Below, in pieces: positions 35,890 to 47,948 of a DNA stretch of 64,000 nt. Under the pieces are notes generated by a model, which ran no database searches, was not told where the DNA came from, and saw nothing but the letters and a program-made list of their open reading frames with translations. Numbering within the stretch: position 1 is the first letter of the stretch; each line of letters begins with the position of its first letter. The position numbers and the translations under genes are program-made. The DNA comes from Mustelus asterias (Eukaryota): contig NC_135805.1 of the NCBI RefSeq assembly GCF_964213995.1, forward strand, positions 78,740,001-78,804,000. Reading direction: 5' to 3'.

Positions 35890-37670
35890 TTTCTCATAGC
35901 AGGCATGCCCAGGTGCAGGGTGTCATCGACAGCACCCATGTGGTTCTGTGCTCCCCATGGCAGCATGAGCACCGTTTGTGAACCGCAAAGGATAACACTC
36001 CCTCAATGTCCAGATTGTCTGTGACCACACCATGCGCATCATACAGGTTTGTGCCCATTTCCTGGGGACTGTCTATGATAGTTGCACCTTGGGACACCTT
36101 CAGATCCTAGTGGTTTTTGAGGGAGAGGTGTAGCTGCATGGATGGCTCCTTGGGGACAAAGGGTACCGCCTCAGGAGGTGGCTGGTTATGCCAGTGGACA
36201 GACCACATACACCCGCTGAGGCTCACTGCAGTGATGCTCAGGCAACAAAGCAGCTTGGGCCTGTGATCTCCAGAGGGCGAGAGGATGGCCCAGGCTGGTT
36301 GACTGAGTGACCTGCCAGGGAAGCAAGATGGCAGTACTGCGTCACAGGGGCAGACTGATGTGAGAAAGTTAACTCAATTGAGGTTTGCAACATGGCTGCA
36401 TGTGTTAAGGGTTCTCACTTTTGTCTCTTGCCGCCACCTCACCCCCTGCACTGGTGTGGCCCTGCTTCTCACTGGCCAGCTCAAGGACTCTCTCCTCTAA
36501 GGGCAATAGGTGTTTCAGCTCAGGTATGACTTTAGCTAGCTGTGCCCGCCCACACCACTTGTGCCTGAGTTTGTCCTGCACTGAGACAGATGGGGAGAGT
36601 GTAAGTGGGATTCCTGCCAGATCATATGGTGATGAAGTCTGGAATGCCATGGGAGGTGAGTGGGAGTGGGAATGTGAGGAGCAGAATAGCTACCGCAGGG
36701 ACCATGGAGGAGTGGTGGGGATGGGGCGGAGATGGGGCGGGGGGTGGGGGGGAGCAGGGTGCGAGTTGTGGAAAGAGGACGGCATGACAATGGTGGTGGC
36801 TGGGGAAGAGATCACTATGGAGGTGTGGTGGATGTATTAAGGAGTGCAACGGGAGACCTTAGGGTGGCACGGTGACACAGTGGCACAGTGGTTAACACTG
36901 CTGCTCCACAGCGCCAGGAACCCAGGTTCAATTCCCGGCTTGGGTCACTGTGTGGAGTTTGCACGTTCTCCTCGTGTCTGCATGGGTTTCCTCCGAGTGC
37001 TCCAGTTTCCTCTCACAGTCCAAAGATGTGCGGTTAGGTGGATTGGCCATGCTAAATTGCCCATTAGTGTTGGGGGGGCTAGCTAGGGTAAATGCATGGG
37101 GGTATGGGGATAGGATGGGTGTGATTGTCATTGGTGCAGACGTGATGGGCCGAATGGCCTCCTTCTGCACTGTAGGATACTATGATTCTATGACCTGAAA
37201 AGGCAGACTTACCCTGGTTGTAAAAAGAAGATTATTCATCTTCTTTCAGCACTGTAGCCCTATCCTCTCATGGACTCACTCAATATCATGGCCACTGCCT
37301 CCCAGGCTGGGTGATGATCTTGCTTGCTGGACGTCTGCCTGGTCACGGGTAGAGAATGTCATGCCTCTGCTCCACACCATCCAGGAGTTTGTTGAGGACT
37401 CCCTCCATGAAATGTGGCATTGTCTTCCTGGCAGCCAATCCCCCCTAATGGACTCGGGACAAGTGCTGGGGAGGCATTTAAGCGGAGCGCTCCACTGATT
37501 GCAGAGATTACATTTTCCCAGGGTGAGTGAATCAGAGTCAAGCCGCCATGTGCAAGCTGTGAATCTTGTGGAAAAGTGTTGAGGCTGAATATATGGCGAG
37601 TATTCCCATCAGAGCCGACGCGACCCTCCCTGATTTACTTACAGGAAAAAAGTATTGTGAAATTCTGCCC
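35890..37670. mobile_element. Decayed PIF/Harbinger transposon: DDE transposase (+) and spliced Myb/SANT-like gene (-)
   Basis: Plus strand 35897-36240: [33 protein letters not shown]. Minus strand 37213-37310: AWEAVA...QC*KKMNNL then GTAAGT; exon 36419-36575: DKL.H...LPLEERVLELA. Terminus AAATTCTGCCC at 37670. Confidence 0.8.
36862..37193 (+). mobile_element. HE1-like SINE inserted in the intron of the Harbinger Myb-like gene
   Basis: Full-length similarity to 25680-26010. Confidence 0.85.
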
Positions 37671-38449
37671 ACAACATTCTTGTGCAAAACCATCTTTGAT
37701 CCAATATTTCAACATACTCAATGATAGATTGCATCAAAATTCAACTTCCTGTCTTTATAATTTAGTAACGTCTGCTGTGTAAACACAAGAAAGTAAAACC
37801 AAAGTTGCTTAAATATATTATTTTTCAATTATCATATTTGAAAATTGAGTTAAAATATCGTGATGTATAATTAAATTGTTGTTGCTGGTTAAGTAAGTAA
37901 ACCACTTCTGCCCTCCAGTGGCTTCATTCAGCATTCAGGCTCAAAGTTCACAAGAGAACTCATGCAATGAGGAAGGTCAACTTTATTGATGATTCAATCT
38001 ACAAATAATAAAATCATGAGTTAGATATAAGACATTAATTTAGGAGTGAATTACACCTGGATCTCATGTCTGTGTGATGTTCTATGATTATATCACAGGT
38101 GAGGTAAATGAAGCATAAACCAAAATAAATTTACTCTCAAACTTATCTACAAACTTAAAGGCAATTAGACTTTGTTATTGTACCATGAAGAAATCATAGT
38201 ATTCTGCTTTCATAAGGGATTATTCAATAAAGGTAATAACCAAACAGAGGACTATAATGGTTTTCAAATTGCGGTGTTTACTTAAGTCACTTATTTTATT
38301 AATAATATCGGACAAACGTTAATTCCCCTTGGTGCAAAAGTAAGGAAAAAGAGACAACAGCTGCTGGTCTGTATCTCCTTCCCTTTTATTGCTCCAGGAT
38401 TTCCAAGGCTTTTGAGGTGGGAAGGGGTAGTTAGGTCTCTGAAGACGGT

Positions 38450-38818
38450 GTAGCAGTTTATGAGGTAGAAGGGGGTATTCCTACTATAATGACTTCAATC
38501 AGGCCATTGAGGTTGGCCTATTGGAATATGAACTCCCCGATTAAGGAGTTCCCCTCCTTTTAGTGAGCTGCCCCTTTTGAGTTGTCCCTAAGTTAATCTG
38601 ATTTTGTTAATTTAGTTGGGGAAAAAAATAGTTCCCCGATTAAGGAGTCAATTGATGGGCCAATCAGGGAGTCTTTTCCTTGTATTTAACTGGGAGTGTC
38701 AGTTCCTCTGGTACTCCTAAGGGTAGACTGCTGACTGATAGTATTCTGTGTACTGCTGTTGGAATTGTAAATAGAGGGATTTTGGTGACGGGACCTCTGC
38801 CTCTGCAGTTTTATTACA
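38450..38818 (+). repeat. Possible solo LTR
   Basis: TGTA...TACA ends, CCAAT box and TATA/polyA-like words, internal repeat TCCCCGATTAAGGAGT; no target-site duplication seen. Confidence 0.35.
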
Positions 38819-39054
38819 CCTACCTCATTTTCCTGTTATTGAATGCCCCAGTGAAAAAAACACTGTGTTTGACTTTGGCCTCTGCTGATTAGAGGGTCTC
38901 TATAGGTATTGGACAGGCGGAAGGTAAAATGACTGTTTAATTATTCCACTCCTTACACAATGCTCACAGCCAACCTGGCCTTCTGACCATAAATTTGATT
39001 CACCTAAGAGATCTGCAGCTGTACTCAAGTTTTCATTACCTCTTCCTGGTACTA

Positions 39055-39255
39055 GTTTCTGTGTGAGTTTCCTCCGGTTGCTCCTGTTTCCTCCCACAAT
39101 CCGAAAAATGTGCTGGTTAGGTGGATTGGCCATGTTAAATTTTCCCTCAGTGTACCCAACCAGGCGCTGGAGTGTGGCGACTAAGGGATTTTCACAGTAA
39201 CTTCGTTGCAGTGTTAATGTAAGCCTACTTGTGACTAATAAATAAACTTTATACC
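39055..39255 (+). mobile_element. SINE 3' part with alternative tail
   Basis: Matches 43755-43955; tail TCACAGTAACTTC..TGCAGTGTTAATGTAAGCCTACTTGTGAC..AATAAATAAACTTT. Confidence 0.7.
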
Positions 39256-39599
39256 TTAGTTGTATTGATAACTGCATTTCGAAGAGGAATGAACTTGCAT
39301 TTCAAATGTCCTAAGTGCTTTACAGCTATTTTTGTAGCTTAGTCCCTGTTGCAAAGTAGGAAGATAAACAACTCACAAAATAATGAAATGGATTAAATGA
39401 ATTGAAAAACCTATTACTTGTATCTATGTGGTAAATGTTCTATCTATTGAATATGAGAAACTGAAAATCTACCCTTATTTTCCTATATTACAGGAATGAA
39501 TGCAGTTTCTAAACTGACATCAGACCAATGAGGGTTTGGTCTAAATGACTTGTTCACTAACAAGAACAAAACACAGCAACATTCATCAAACACTATTCA

Positions 39600-40295
39600 A
39601 AAGAACACCAGTTCAGCCCCAATTGTAGTAGTGACCACCACACTTAAGAAAGGACATGAGGGCTTTTGACTGGCTGCAAAAGAGATATGCTGGAGATGTT
39701 TATAATGAAGGTTGAGATAGAGCAAATGAAACAAACTTATTTCCAGTGACCGAAGGATCGATAGATAGAGAGTACAGATTTAAATGGATTGGCAAAAGCA
39801 CCATAGAGCCATAGAGCAATACAGCACAGAAACAAGCCCTCGGTCCAACCAGTTCATGTCGATTTTGGTGCCCTCCCAGCTAGTGCCAATTGCCCACGTG
39901 TGGCCCATATGCCTCTAATCCTTTCCCATCCATGTACTTATCCAAATGCTTTTTAAATGTTGCTATTCAACCTGCCTCAACCACTTTCTCTGGCAGCTCT
40001 TTCCAGTGGCAGCATGAGGAAAACCTTTGTTACACAATGAGAGGTTAGGATTTGGAATGTGCTGCCCAAAATGGGTGATGCATACTGATCCAATAGTGGG
40101 TTTTCAAAAAGAAACTGGAAAAATAATTAGAGGAAAAAATACAGGGATTTGAGGATAAATACATAAACGTGTATTCGTAACTTGTTTTTGAAATACCAGA
40201 GGAGGGACAAATGGATTGCTCTTTGACAAGGCTTGCACAGAATTGATGGGCTGAATGGTCTTGCCTGTGTTGTACTATTGTATGATTTCTATGAA
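39600..40295 (+). mobile_element. Old CR1 3' fragment with an inverted CR1 3' end nested at ~39802-40005
   Basis: CR1 words on + are interrupted by the reverse-strand tail CATAGAGCCATAGAGCAATACAGCACAGAAAC. Confidence 0.55.
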
Positions 40296-41065
40296 TTGAG
40301 ATTTAATTATTGCAAATGGTCTGATTTAACAGCAAACTCTAGCATTAAGGTATTGATAATTTGCCAAAAGACTGCACATGCTGTACTTATGGTTAATGGT
40401 GCACTGTGAAGATTGGCTGCTTCTTCCATCTGTTTAATGCATATTGTTGTTCAAAAGAATTATTTGAAAGCATTTGTGTATCATCAGTCTCCTTTTTTTT
40501 ATTGCATATCCATTTCTATCATGGTCTGATTTAGAAAGGTGGGAAAAATGCATTAAACCTCGACTACAAAACTAATAAAACATCGATAAACTTTGTTACC
40601 TGTACAATTCGTACCTTAACAATTTATATTAGAACATAGAACAGTACAGCACAGAACAGGCCCTTCGGCCCACAATGTTGTGCCGAGCTTATATTGGACA
40701 GGGAATAGGCAAAATTGGAATTTTATTGAAAATTTGTTGTGTTTATCCATTGAAATGAGGGTTTGAAAGTCCTTGTCCTTTACAAAAACAACAAGGCTCT
40801 GTATATACGTTAGTGCTTTCAATGTAGAAACACATTCCTAGACAATTCACTGGTGGGACACCATCCTAACATTGCAAGTATCAATAGGGCTACTAAGACC
40901 ATTTTTTAAATCTAGGATATGAATATTTAATGAAGCTCCTGCTCAAACATGGTAATGAATATTGTAGATTTACAGCCTGCATCTGCATCTGCTTAGGCAA
41001 TGTTTGCAACAGAGTCTAGACAGAAGCCCAATCTGATTTCTGCAGCTGATTAGTTTAGAGAGCTC

Positions 41066-41196
41066 AAAAACAGAAAATGCTGGAAAAACTCAGCAGGCTG
41101 ACTCGATACATTGGCTCTATTCTCTCACCACAGATGCTGTCAGACCTGCTGGGTTTTTCCAGCATTTTTTTTTTGTTTCAGATTTCAGGATCTGCC
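41066..41196 (+). mobile_element. Mini fold-back PLE derivative
   Basis: AAAATGCTGGAAAAACTCAGCAGG...CCTGCTGGGTTTTTCCAGCATTTT inverted arms around the 3' half of a hammerhead. Confidence 0.6.
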
Positions 41197-41300
41197 ATTA
41201 GTTTAGAGGGCTGTTTTCTTATACAGTTCTAACTTGAAAATTGCATGCAGTCTGATGTGCATGTAGAATATCCTCTAGCTCTAATAAGCACATTTTTAAT

Positions 41301-42845
41301 ACAAAGAACAAAGAACAATACAGCACAGGAACAGGCCCTTCAGCCCTCCAAGCCCGCGCCGCTTCCTGGTCCAAACTAGACCATTCTTTTGTATCCCTCC
41401 ATTCCCACTCCATTCATGTGGCTATCTAGATAAGTCTTAAACGTTCCCAGTGTGTCCGCCTCCACCACCTTGCCCGGCAGCGCATTTCAGGCCCCCACCA
41501 CCCTCTGCGTTAAATACGTCCTTCTGATATCCGTGTTAAACCTCCCCCCCCCGCCCCCCCTCACCTTGAACCTATGACCCCTCGTGAATGTCACCACCGA
41601 CCTGGGAAAAAGCTTCCCACCGTTCACCCTATCTATGCCTTTCATAATTTTATTCACCTCTATTAGGTCACCCCTCATCCTCCGTCTTTCTAGTGAGAAC
41701 AACCCCAGTTTACCCAATCTCTCCTCATAACTAAGCCCTTCCATAACAGGCAACATCCTGGTAAACCTCCTCTGTACTCTCTCTAAAGCCTCCACGTCCT
41801 TCCGGGAGTGTGGTGACCAGAACTGGGCGAAGTATTCCAAATGCGGCCGAACCAACGTTCTATATAACCGCAACATCAGACCCCAACTTTTATACTCTAT
41901 GCCCCGTCCTATGGAGGCAAGCATGCCATATGCCTTCTTCACTACCTTCTCCACCTGTGACGTCACCTTCAAGGATCTGTGGACTTGCACACCCAGGTCC
42001 CTCTGCGTATCTACACCCTTTATGGTTCTGCCATTTATCGTATAGCTCCCCCCTACGTTAGTTCTACCAAAATGCATCACTTCGTATTTATCTGGATTGA
42101 ACTCCATCTGCCATTTCTTTGCCCAAATTTCCAGCCTATCTATATCCATCTGTAGCCTCTGACAATGTTCCTCACTATCTGCAAGTCCAGCCATTTTCGT
42201 GTTGTCCGCAAACTTACTGATCACCCCAGTTACACCTTCTTCCAGATCGTTTATATAAATCACGAACAGCAGAGGTCCCAATACAGAGCCCTGCGGAACA
42301 CCACTAGTCACAGGCATCCAGCCGGAAAAAGACCCTTCCACTACCACCCTCTGTCTTCTGTGACCAAGCCAGTTCTCCACCCATCTAGCCACCTCCCCCT
42401 TTATCTCATGAGATCCAACCTTTTGCACCAACCTACCATGAGGGACTTTATCATACGCCTTACTAAAGTCCATATAGACGACATCCACGGCCCTTCCCTC
42501 GTCAACCATTCTAGTCACTTCTTCAAAAAACTCCACCAGGTTAGTGAGGCATGACCTCCCTCTCACAAAACCATGCTGACTATCGTTAATGAGTTTATTC
42601 CTTTCTAAATGCGCATACATCCTATCTCTAAGAATCCTCTCCAACAACTTCCCTACCACGGACGTCAAGCTCACCGGCCTATAATTTCCCGGGTTACCCT
42701 TCCTACCCTTCTTATACAACGGGACCACATTAGCTATCCTCCAATCCTCTGGGACCTCACCTGTGTCCAGTGACGAGACAAAGATTTGTGTCAGATGCCC
42801 AGCGATTTCATCTCTCCGTCAGAGGCCCAGCGATTTCATCTCTCG
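41301..42845 (-). mobile_element. CR1 LINE, 5'-truncated, long open RT ORF (41487-42728)
   Basis: NYRPVSLTS, QHGF, DFSKAYD, GVPQGSVLGP, FADN (FADD mutated), LEY..QFWSP; tail (TTCTTTG)n. Confidence 0.95.
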
Positions 42846-43651
42846 AAATGTAATGCATCACTTCAATGTCTCAGTTTCTGTAGGTATCCAATAATTATAT
42901 ATCTCATCACAGGCTACACTATGAAAAGCTTTGTTCCCACTGGCACAGTCATGGAATGTTATCAAGACATCTGCAAATAGTTACTTGTGCAATCATCTGA
43001 AAACATCGTTAAATAAAGGAAAAGGATGAAAACAGATGTTCAATACTAGGTTAACGTTATGATCAACCTGAAGTAAAGTTGAGTTTTGCTAATAAGAATA
43101 ATTCATATTCTGTTAATTCCTATTTATTTTCTAGTTTCACAAACTTAATTATATTTATTTTGATTCCTCTAATTTTGTCATTTGTTAATTTAATCAATTT
43201 TGCTTTGAAAAAACTCATCAAACCTTTCCTGGGAATGTTCGCACTGTCATGTTAAGAGTAGGTACGTGCTTGTACCCTGTGGTGCTGAACAAACTTGGCT
43301 ATATTTCAATTAACCTATCAAAGCATATCCACGATCTTACCCTTTTGATATCATTTTAAAATTTTTACCTTTTCTAAAATCTCTCCAATTTTCTTCCTTC
43401 CTTTCCTGACAGCTCTGATGTTTGCTGGCTACAGTTACACTGACATTGGCCTTCTATCAACTTAACCAAGAAGTCTTTCTTAGAGTGAGAGCTTAGCTCT
43501 TGAACATCAAGAAAAATGGTTATTTACCTTTTGAGGAGGCAATACATCTGAGCCCAATCCTGTCTTCAAAGAACATCTTCAGACCACCACAGTCCTTTTG
43601 AATAACGATTAAGAGCAGAAACTCTGGACTCTATCTATCTAACCCAGTTAA

Positions 43652-43955
43652 AGTGGCGCAGTGGTTAGCACTGTTGCCTCACAGCACTAGGGACCTGGGT
43701 TTGATTCCTGGTTCGGGTCACTGTCTGTGCGAAGTCTGCACGTTCTCCCTGTGTCCGTGTGGATTTCCTCTGGGTGCTCCGATTTTCTCCCACAGTTCAA
43801 AAGATGTGCTGGTTAGGTGCATTGGCCATGCTAAATTCTCCCTCAGTGTACCCGAACAGGCGCCGGAGTGTGGTGACTAGGGGATTTTCACAGTAACTTC
43901 ATTGCCGTGTTACTATAAGCCTACTTGTGACACTAGTAAATAAACTTTAACTTTT
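43652..43955 (+). mobile_element. SINE with HE1-like head and core but a different 3' tail
   Basis: Head and core match 25680-25880; after CCCTCAGTGT it switches to the tail also seen at ~39150 and ~23381. Confidence 0.8.
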
Positions 43956-44455
43956 AAAGGAGGGGGGAGGGAAGCTAAGCCCATGGTTGCATACCAGCTG
44001 AGATCACCTAACCCAAATCAAATTAGAGAGCAACCCAGAACCTTTACTGATCTATCGGATTTTTTGTTCACTAGATAATCCATTCAGCTAAATGTTTGCA
44101 AAATAGAGCAATTTCCAAAGACTCCGAAGGAAATCTAGCCAACATAATTGCAAATGAATTCCAATGAAGTGGGCACTTCAGAATGAGTTTGGATGAGGAC
44201 ATGTTTCCCGCTAACTCTTCGTGAGCCCCCACTATACTGAAAATTCAGGTCTATGTCACCATCCCTTCATTGTCATTAGGTCAAAATTCTGGAACTCCCC
44301 TCGGCACCACTGGCTCCTCCCCCCCACCCCTCCCCCCCTCCCCCCCACCCCTCCCCCCCCTCCCCCAACCTAACAGTGTTGTGGATATATCTGCACCACG
44401 TGAGCTACAGCAGTTTAAGAAGGTGGCACACCACTACCTTGTCAAGGGCTATTGG

Positions 44456-44806
44456 GATCATGGAATCCCTACAGTTCAGAAGAAGGCCATTTGGCCCATT
44501 GAGTCTGTACCGGCCCTCCAACAGATCATCTTACCAAGGCCTTATTTCTGTAACTCCACGTATTTACCCTGCTAATCCTCCTAACCTACACATCTTGGGA
44601 CATGAAAGAACAATTTAGCATGGCCAATCAACCAAACCTGCACATCTTTGGACCGTGGGATGAAACTGGAGCATCTGGAGGAAATCCACACAGACACGGG
44701 GAGAGTGTGCAAACACTACACAAATAGTAACCCAAGGTGGGAATTGAACTCGGGTCCCTGGCGCGGTGAGGCAGCTGTGTTAATCAATGTGTCACCATGC
44801 CACCCA
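44456..44806 (-). mobile_element. HE1-like SINE
   Basis: Reverse complement of the 25680 family. Confidence 0.75.
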
Positions 44807-45212
44807 TGACTAAGGATGGACAATAGTTGTAGCCGAGCCCACATCCTGTGAAGGAACAAATAAAATACTGCCAAAGTGAAAATGTCAATATTTAATTGAT
44901 ACGTAATGCATTTATATATCTCATCTTGTTTCATGATTCAGTATTATTTCTTCATGATTGATTTCTCTTTTCTTTTCAGTTTTGGTCTTTATTTTGTTAG
45001 CAATAAATAATGTTGAAAGTAGCATCATGCTTCCTGGTTATTATACCTTATCACCAGATGACTTTCATCCAATTTCCTTTTGCAAGCAATTAATCTTCAT
45101 GTGATAAATCAACAACCAAAAGATAACATCCCAATCAAGAATAATACCATGAAGGTCTATTAATCAGAGAGTTGAGCTTCAACATCTCACCCACTGGTGT
45201 TCAATCAGCAGG

Positions 45213-46341
45213 TTGGTTAAGAAGGTTAAGGCTCATGGGATACAAGGAGAAGTGGCTAGATGGGTGGAGAACTGGCTTGGCCATAGGAGACAGAGGGTAG
45301 TGGTCGAAGGGTCTTTTTCCGGCTGGAGGTCTGTGACCAGTGGTGTTCCGCAGGGCTCTGTACTGGGACCTCTGCTATTTGTGATATATATAAATGATTT
45401 GGAAGAAGGTGTAACTGGTGTAATCAGCAAGTTTGCGGATGACACGAAGATGGCTGGACTTGTGGATAGCGAAGAGCATTGTCGGGCAATACAGCAGGAT
45501 ATAGATAGGCTGGAAAATTGGGCGGAGAGGTGGCAGATGGAGTTTAATCCGGATAAATGCGAAGTGATGCATTTTGGAAGAAATAATGTAGGGAGGAGTT
45601 ATACAATAAATGGCAGAGTCATCAGGAGTATAGAAACACAGAGGGACCGAGGTGTGCAAGTCCACAAATCCTTGAAGGTGGCAACACAGGTGGAGAAGGT
45701 GGTGAAGAAGGCATATGGTATGCTTGCCTTTATAGGATGGGGTATAGAGTATAAAAGCTGGAGTCTGATGATGCAGCTGTATAGAACGCTGGTTAGGCCA
45801 CATTTGGAGTACTGCGTCCAGTTCTGGTCGCCGCACTACCAGAAGGACGTGGAGGTGTTAGAGAGAGTGCAGAGAAGGTTTACCAGGATGTTGCCTGGTA
45901 TGGAGGATCTTAGCTATGAGGAGAGATTGGGTAGACTGGGGTTGTTCTCCTTGGAAAGACGGAGAATGAGGGGAGATCTAATAGAGATGTACAAGATTAT
46001 GAAGGGTATAGATAGGGTGAACAGTGGGAAGCTTTTTCCCAGGTCGGAGGTGACGATCACGAGGGGTCACGGGCTCAAGGTGAGAGGGGCGAAGTATAAC
46101 TCAGATATCAGAGGGACGTTTTTTACACAGAGGGTGGTGGGGGCCTGGAATGCGCTGCCAAGTAGTGTGGTGGAGGCAGGCACGCTGACATCGTTTAAGA
46201 CTTACCTGGATAGTCACATGAGCAGCCTGGGAATGGAGGGATACAAACGATTGGTCTAGTTGGACCAAGGAGTGGCACAGGCTTGGAGGGCCGAAGGGCC
46301 TGTTTCCTGTGCTGTACTGTTCTTTGTTCTTTGTTCTTTGT
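45213..46341 (+). mobile_element. CR1 LINE, 5'-truncated, RT ORF open to its stop (46259)
   Basis: GVPQGSVLGP, KFADDTK, FNPDKC, LVRPHLEYCVQFWSP; tail (TTCTTTG)3. Confidence 0.95.
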
Positions 46342-46460
46342 TTGTTACATTCTGATTGACATCATGATCTGTCTACACTTCATACTTCAGTCAGATGGTA
46401 GCTACAGGTACATCATTGCCCTCACCAAGATGGTGTTCAATCATTTTGGGCACAAACATT

Positions 46461-47504
46461 TGGGACAATTTTACCATTTTGATTCTAAGTGCTGAATCTG
46501 GGCGCAATTCAGATCCGACTTGTAAACCTGTTCTCAGGCGCCCCCATACGCACTTAGCCTGAAAAAAAAACGCGAGTCTAAATCGTGCTGTGGGCGGGGC
46601 TTATTGCGCCCGAAACGCTGCTGCTCCGTTCGGACCCATCAACTGCGCATGCGCAGTAAAAAAAATTTTTTAAATGCTCCCCTGTCATATTGCTCGCGGG
46701 CCGCAAAAAGTGGATAAAGCGGCCCAGGAGTGATGGCCCCCACAGACATCACCCCATCCCCACAACATAACTGTCCCCCTTATCCACCCACCCCCTCGCT
46801 ACCCAGACCGATCACGACCCCCTGCCCCTCTTCCCCCCACCGATTGCCCACAGAGTGGCAGTGGACCCCCTCCACTCCTGCCCCTTCGCCCCCCCCCCCC
46901 CCCCACAAGAGAATGATCTGGTCTCCCCCCCACCAGAGAATAATCGGGCCTCCCTCCACCTCCCCCCGCCCCAGCACCAGAGAACGATCAGGCCTCCCTC
47001 CTCCTCGCTCCCCCCCACCAGAGATACATCTGGCCCTCCTTCCCCCCCCCCCCCCCCCCACCAGAGAACAGTCAGACCTCTCTCCTCCCCTCCCCACCAG
47101 AGGATGATCTGGCCTGCCTCCCCCCCCCCACCACCACCACTGATCTGAGTTAGAGAATCGTTGGAAGCTCTGAACTTACCTGTTCAGAAGCTGGAGCACC
47201 CGAAACAGACCTTTGCCAAGCATGTCTGTTTCGTGCCAACTCTGGACGGGCGAACACGATGGTAAAGGGGGAAGTGCCGGTAAGTTTGGGTGTCCAGCTC
47301 ATTAAGTCAATTTAAATGCTTGCAAATGCATTTAAATTGACGTCGCGTCTGTTTTGGGCCCGGTGCTGATCACGGCCATTTTCAAGCCTTGATAAAGTGG
47401 GAATCTGGCGGATGCGGGCGCGGATTGCGCTATTCGCCTCACGCCCAACTTTACCAAGTTTTCACGCCCGAAAATGGGAGTAATGCAATGGTAAAATCGC
47501 CCCC
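46461..47504. mobile_element. Complete Harbinger-type MITE (1044 bp)
   Basis: TIRs TGGGACAATTTTACCATT / AATGGTAAAATCGCCCCC; 3-bp TSD ATT (46458-46460 and 47505-47507); CpG-rich; internal poly-C minisatellite CCCCCCACCAGAGAA. Confidence 0.85.
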
Positions 47505-47948
47505 ATTCAATGCCATTTGGTACCCGAAGTGCCCAAAGAGCGGATGGGATTGAACCTGTTTACACACCAAGTATGCTTAAAATAGTAAAATGTCAGAACT
47601 CATTGGCGATATCCTGGGTCCCACCAAAGGCCCAGGATTCAGGAATTCTGACTTTTAGTATCTCAGTCCTGGTCTCACCCTTCCTATGTTGATGGGTGCT
47701 GAATTTGAGAACCTGTACATGAAAGAATATTACCTTGTTTTGTGAGATACATTGCCTGATTCTGAAATACAATTATTTAAATTATAAATATTGCAGTGAC
47801 TGTAATCTGTACCATGTGTATAATGCTATGGCAGTTATAACTGGATGATAAACAGAATAAAAAGTTATTCTTTAGGAGGCTGCTGTCGATTGTTTCTTAA
47901 ATATCCCGCAATCAATTTTTCAGATTATGGTTTTGTGAAGCCGGAGGA

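Noticed and set aside
35897-36240. Domesticated HARBI1 host gene
   Set aside because: In-frame stop and frameshifts, with a linked Myb-like gene and a TIR: a transposon fossil
46880-47145. Repeats with spacers resembling a CRISPR array
   Set aside because: Eukaryotic context, degenerate poly-C minisatellite inside a TIR element, no cas genes
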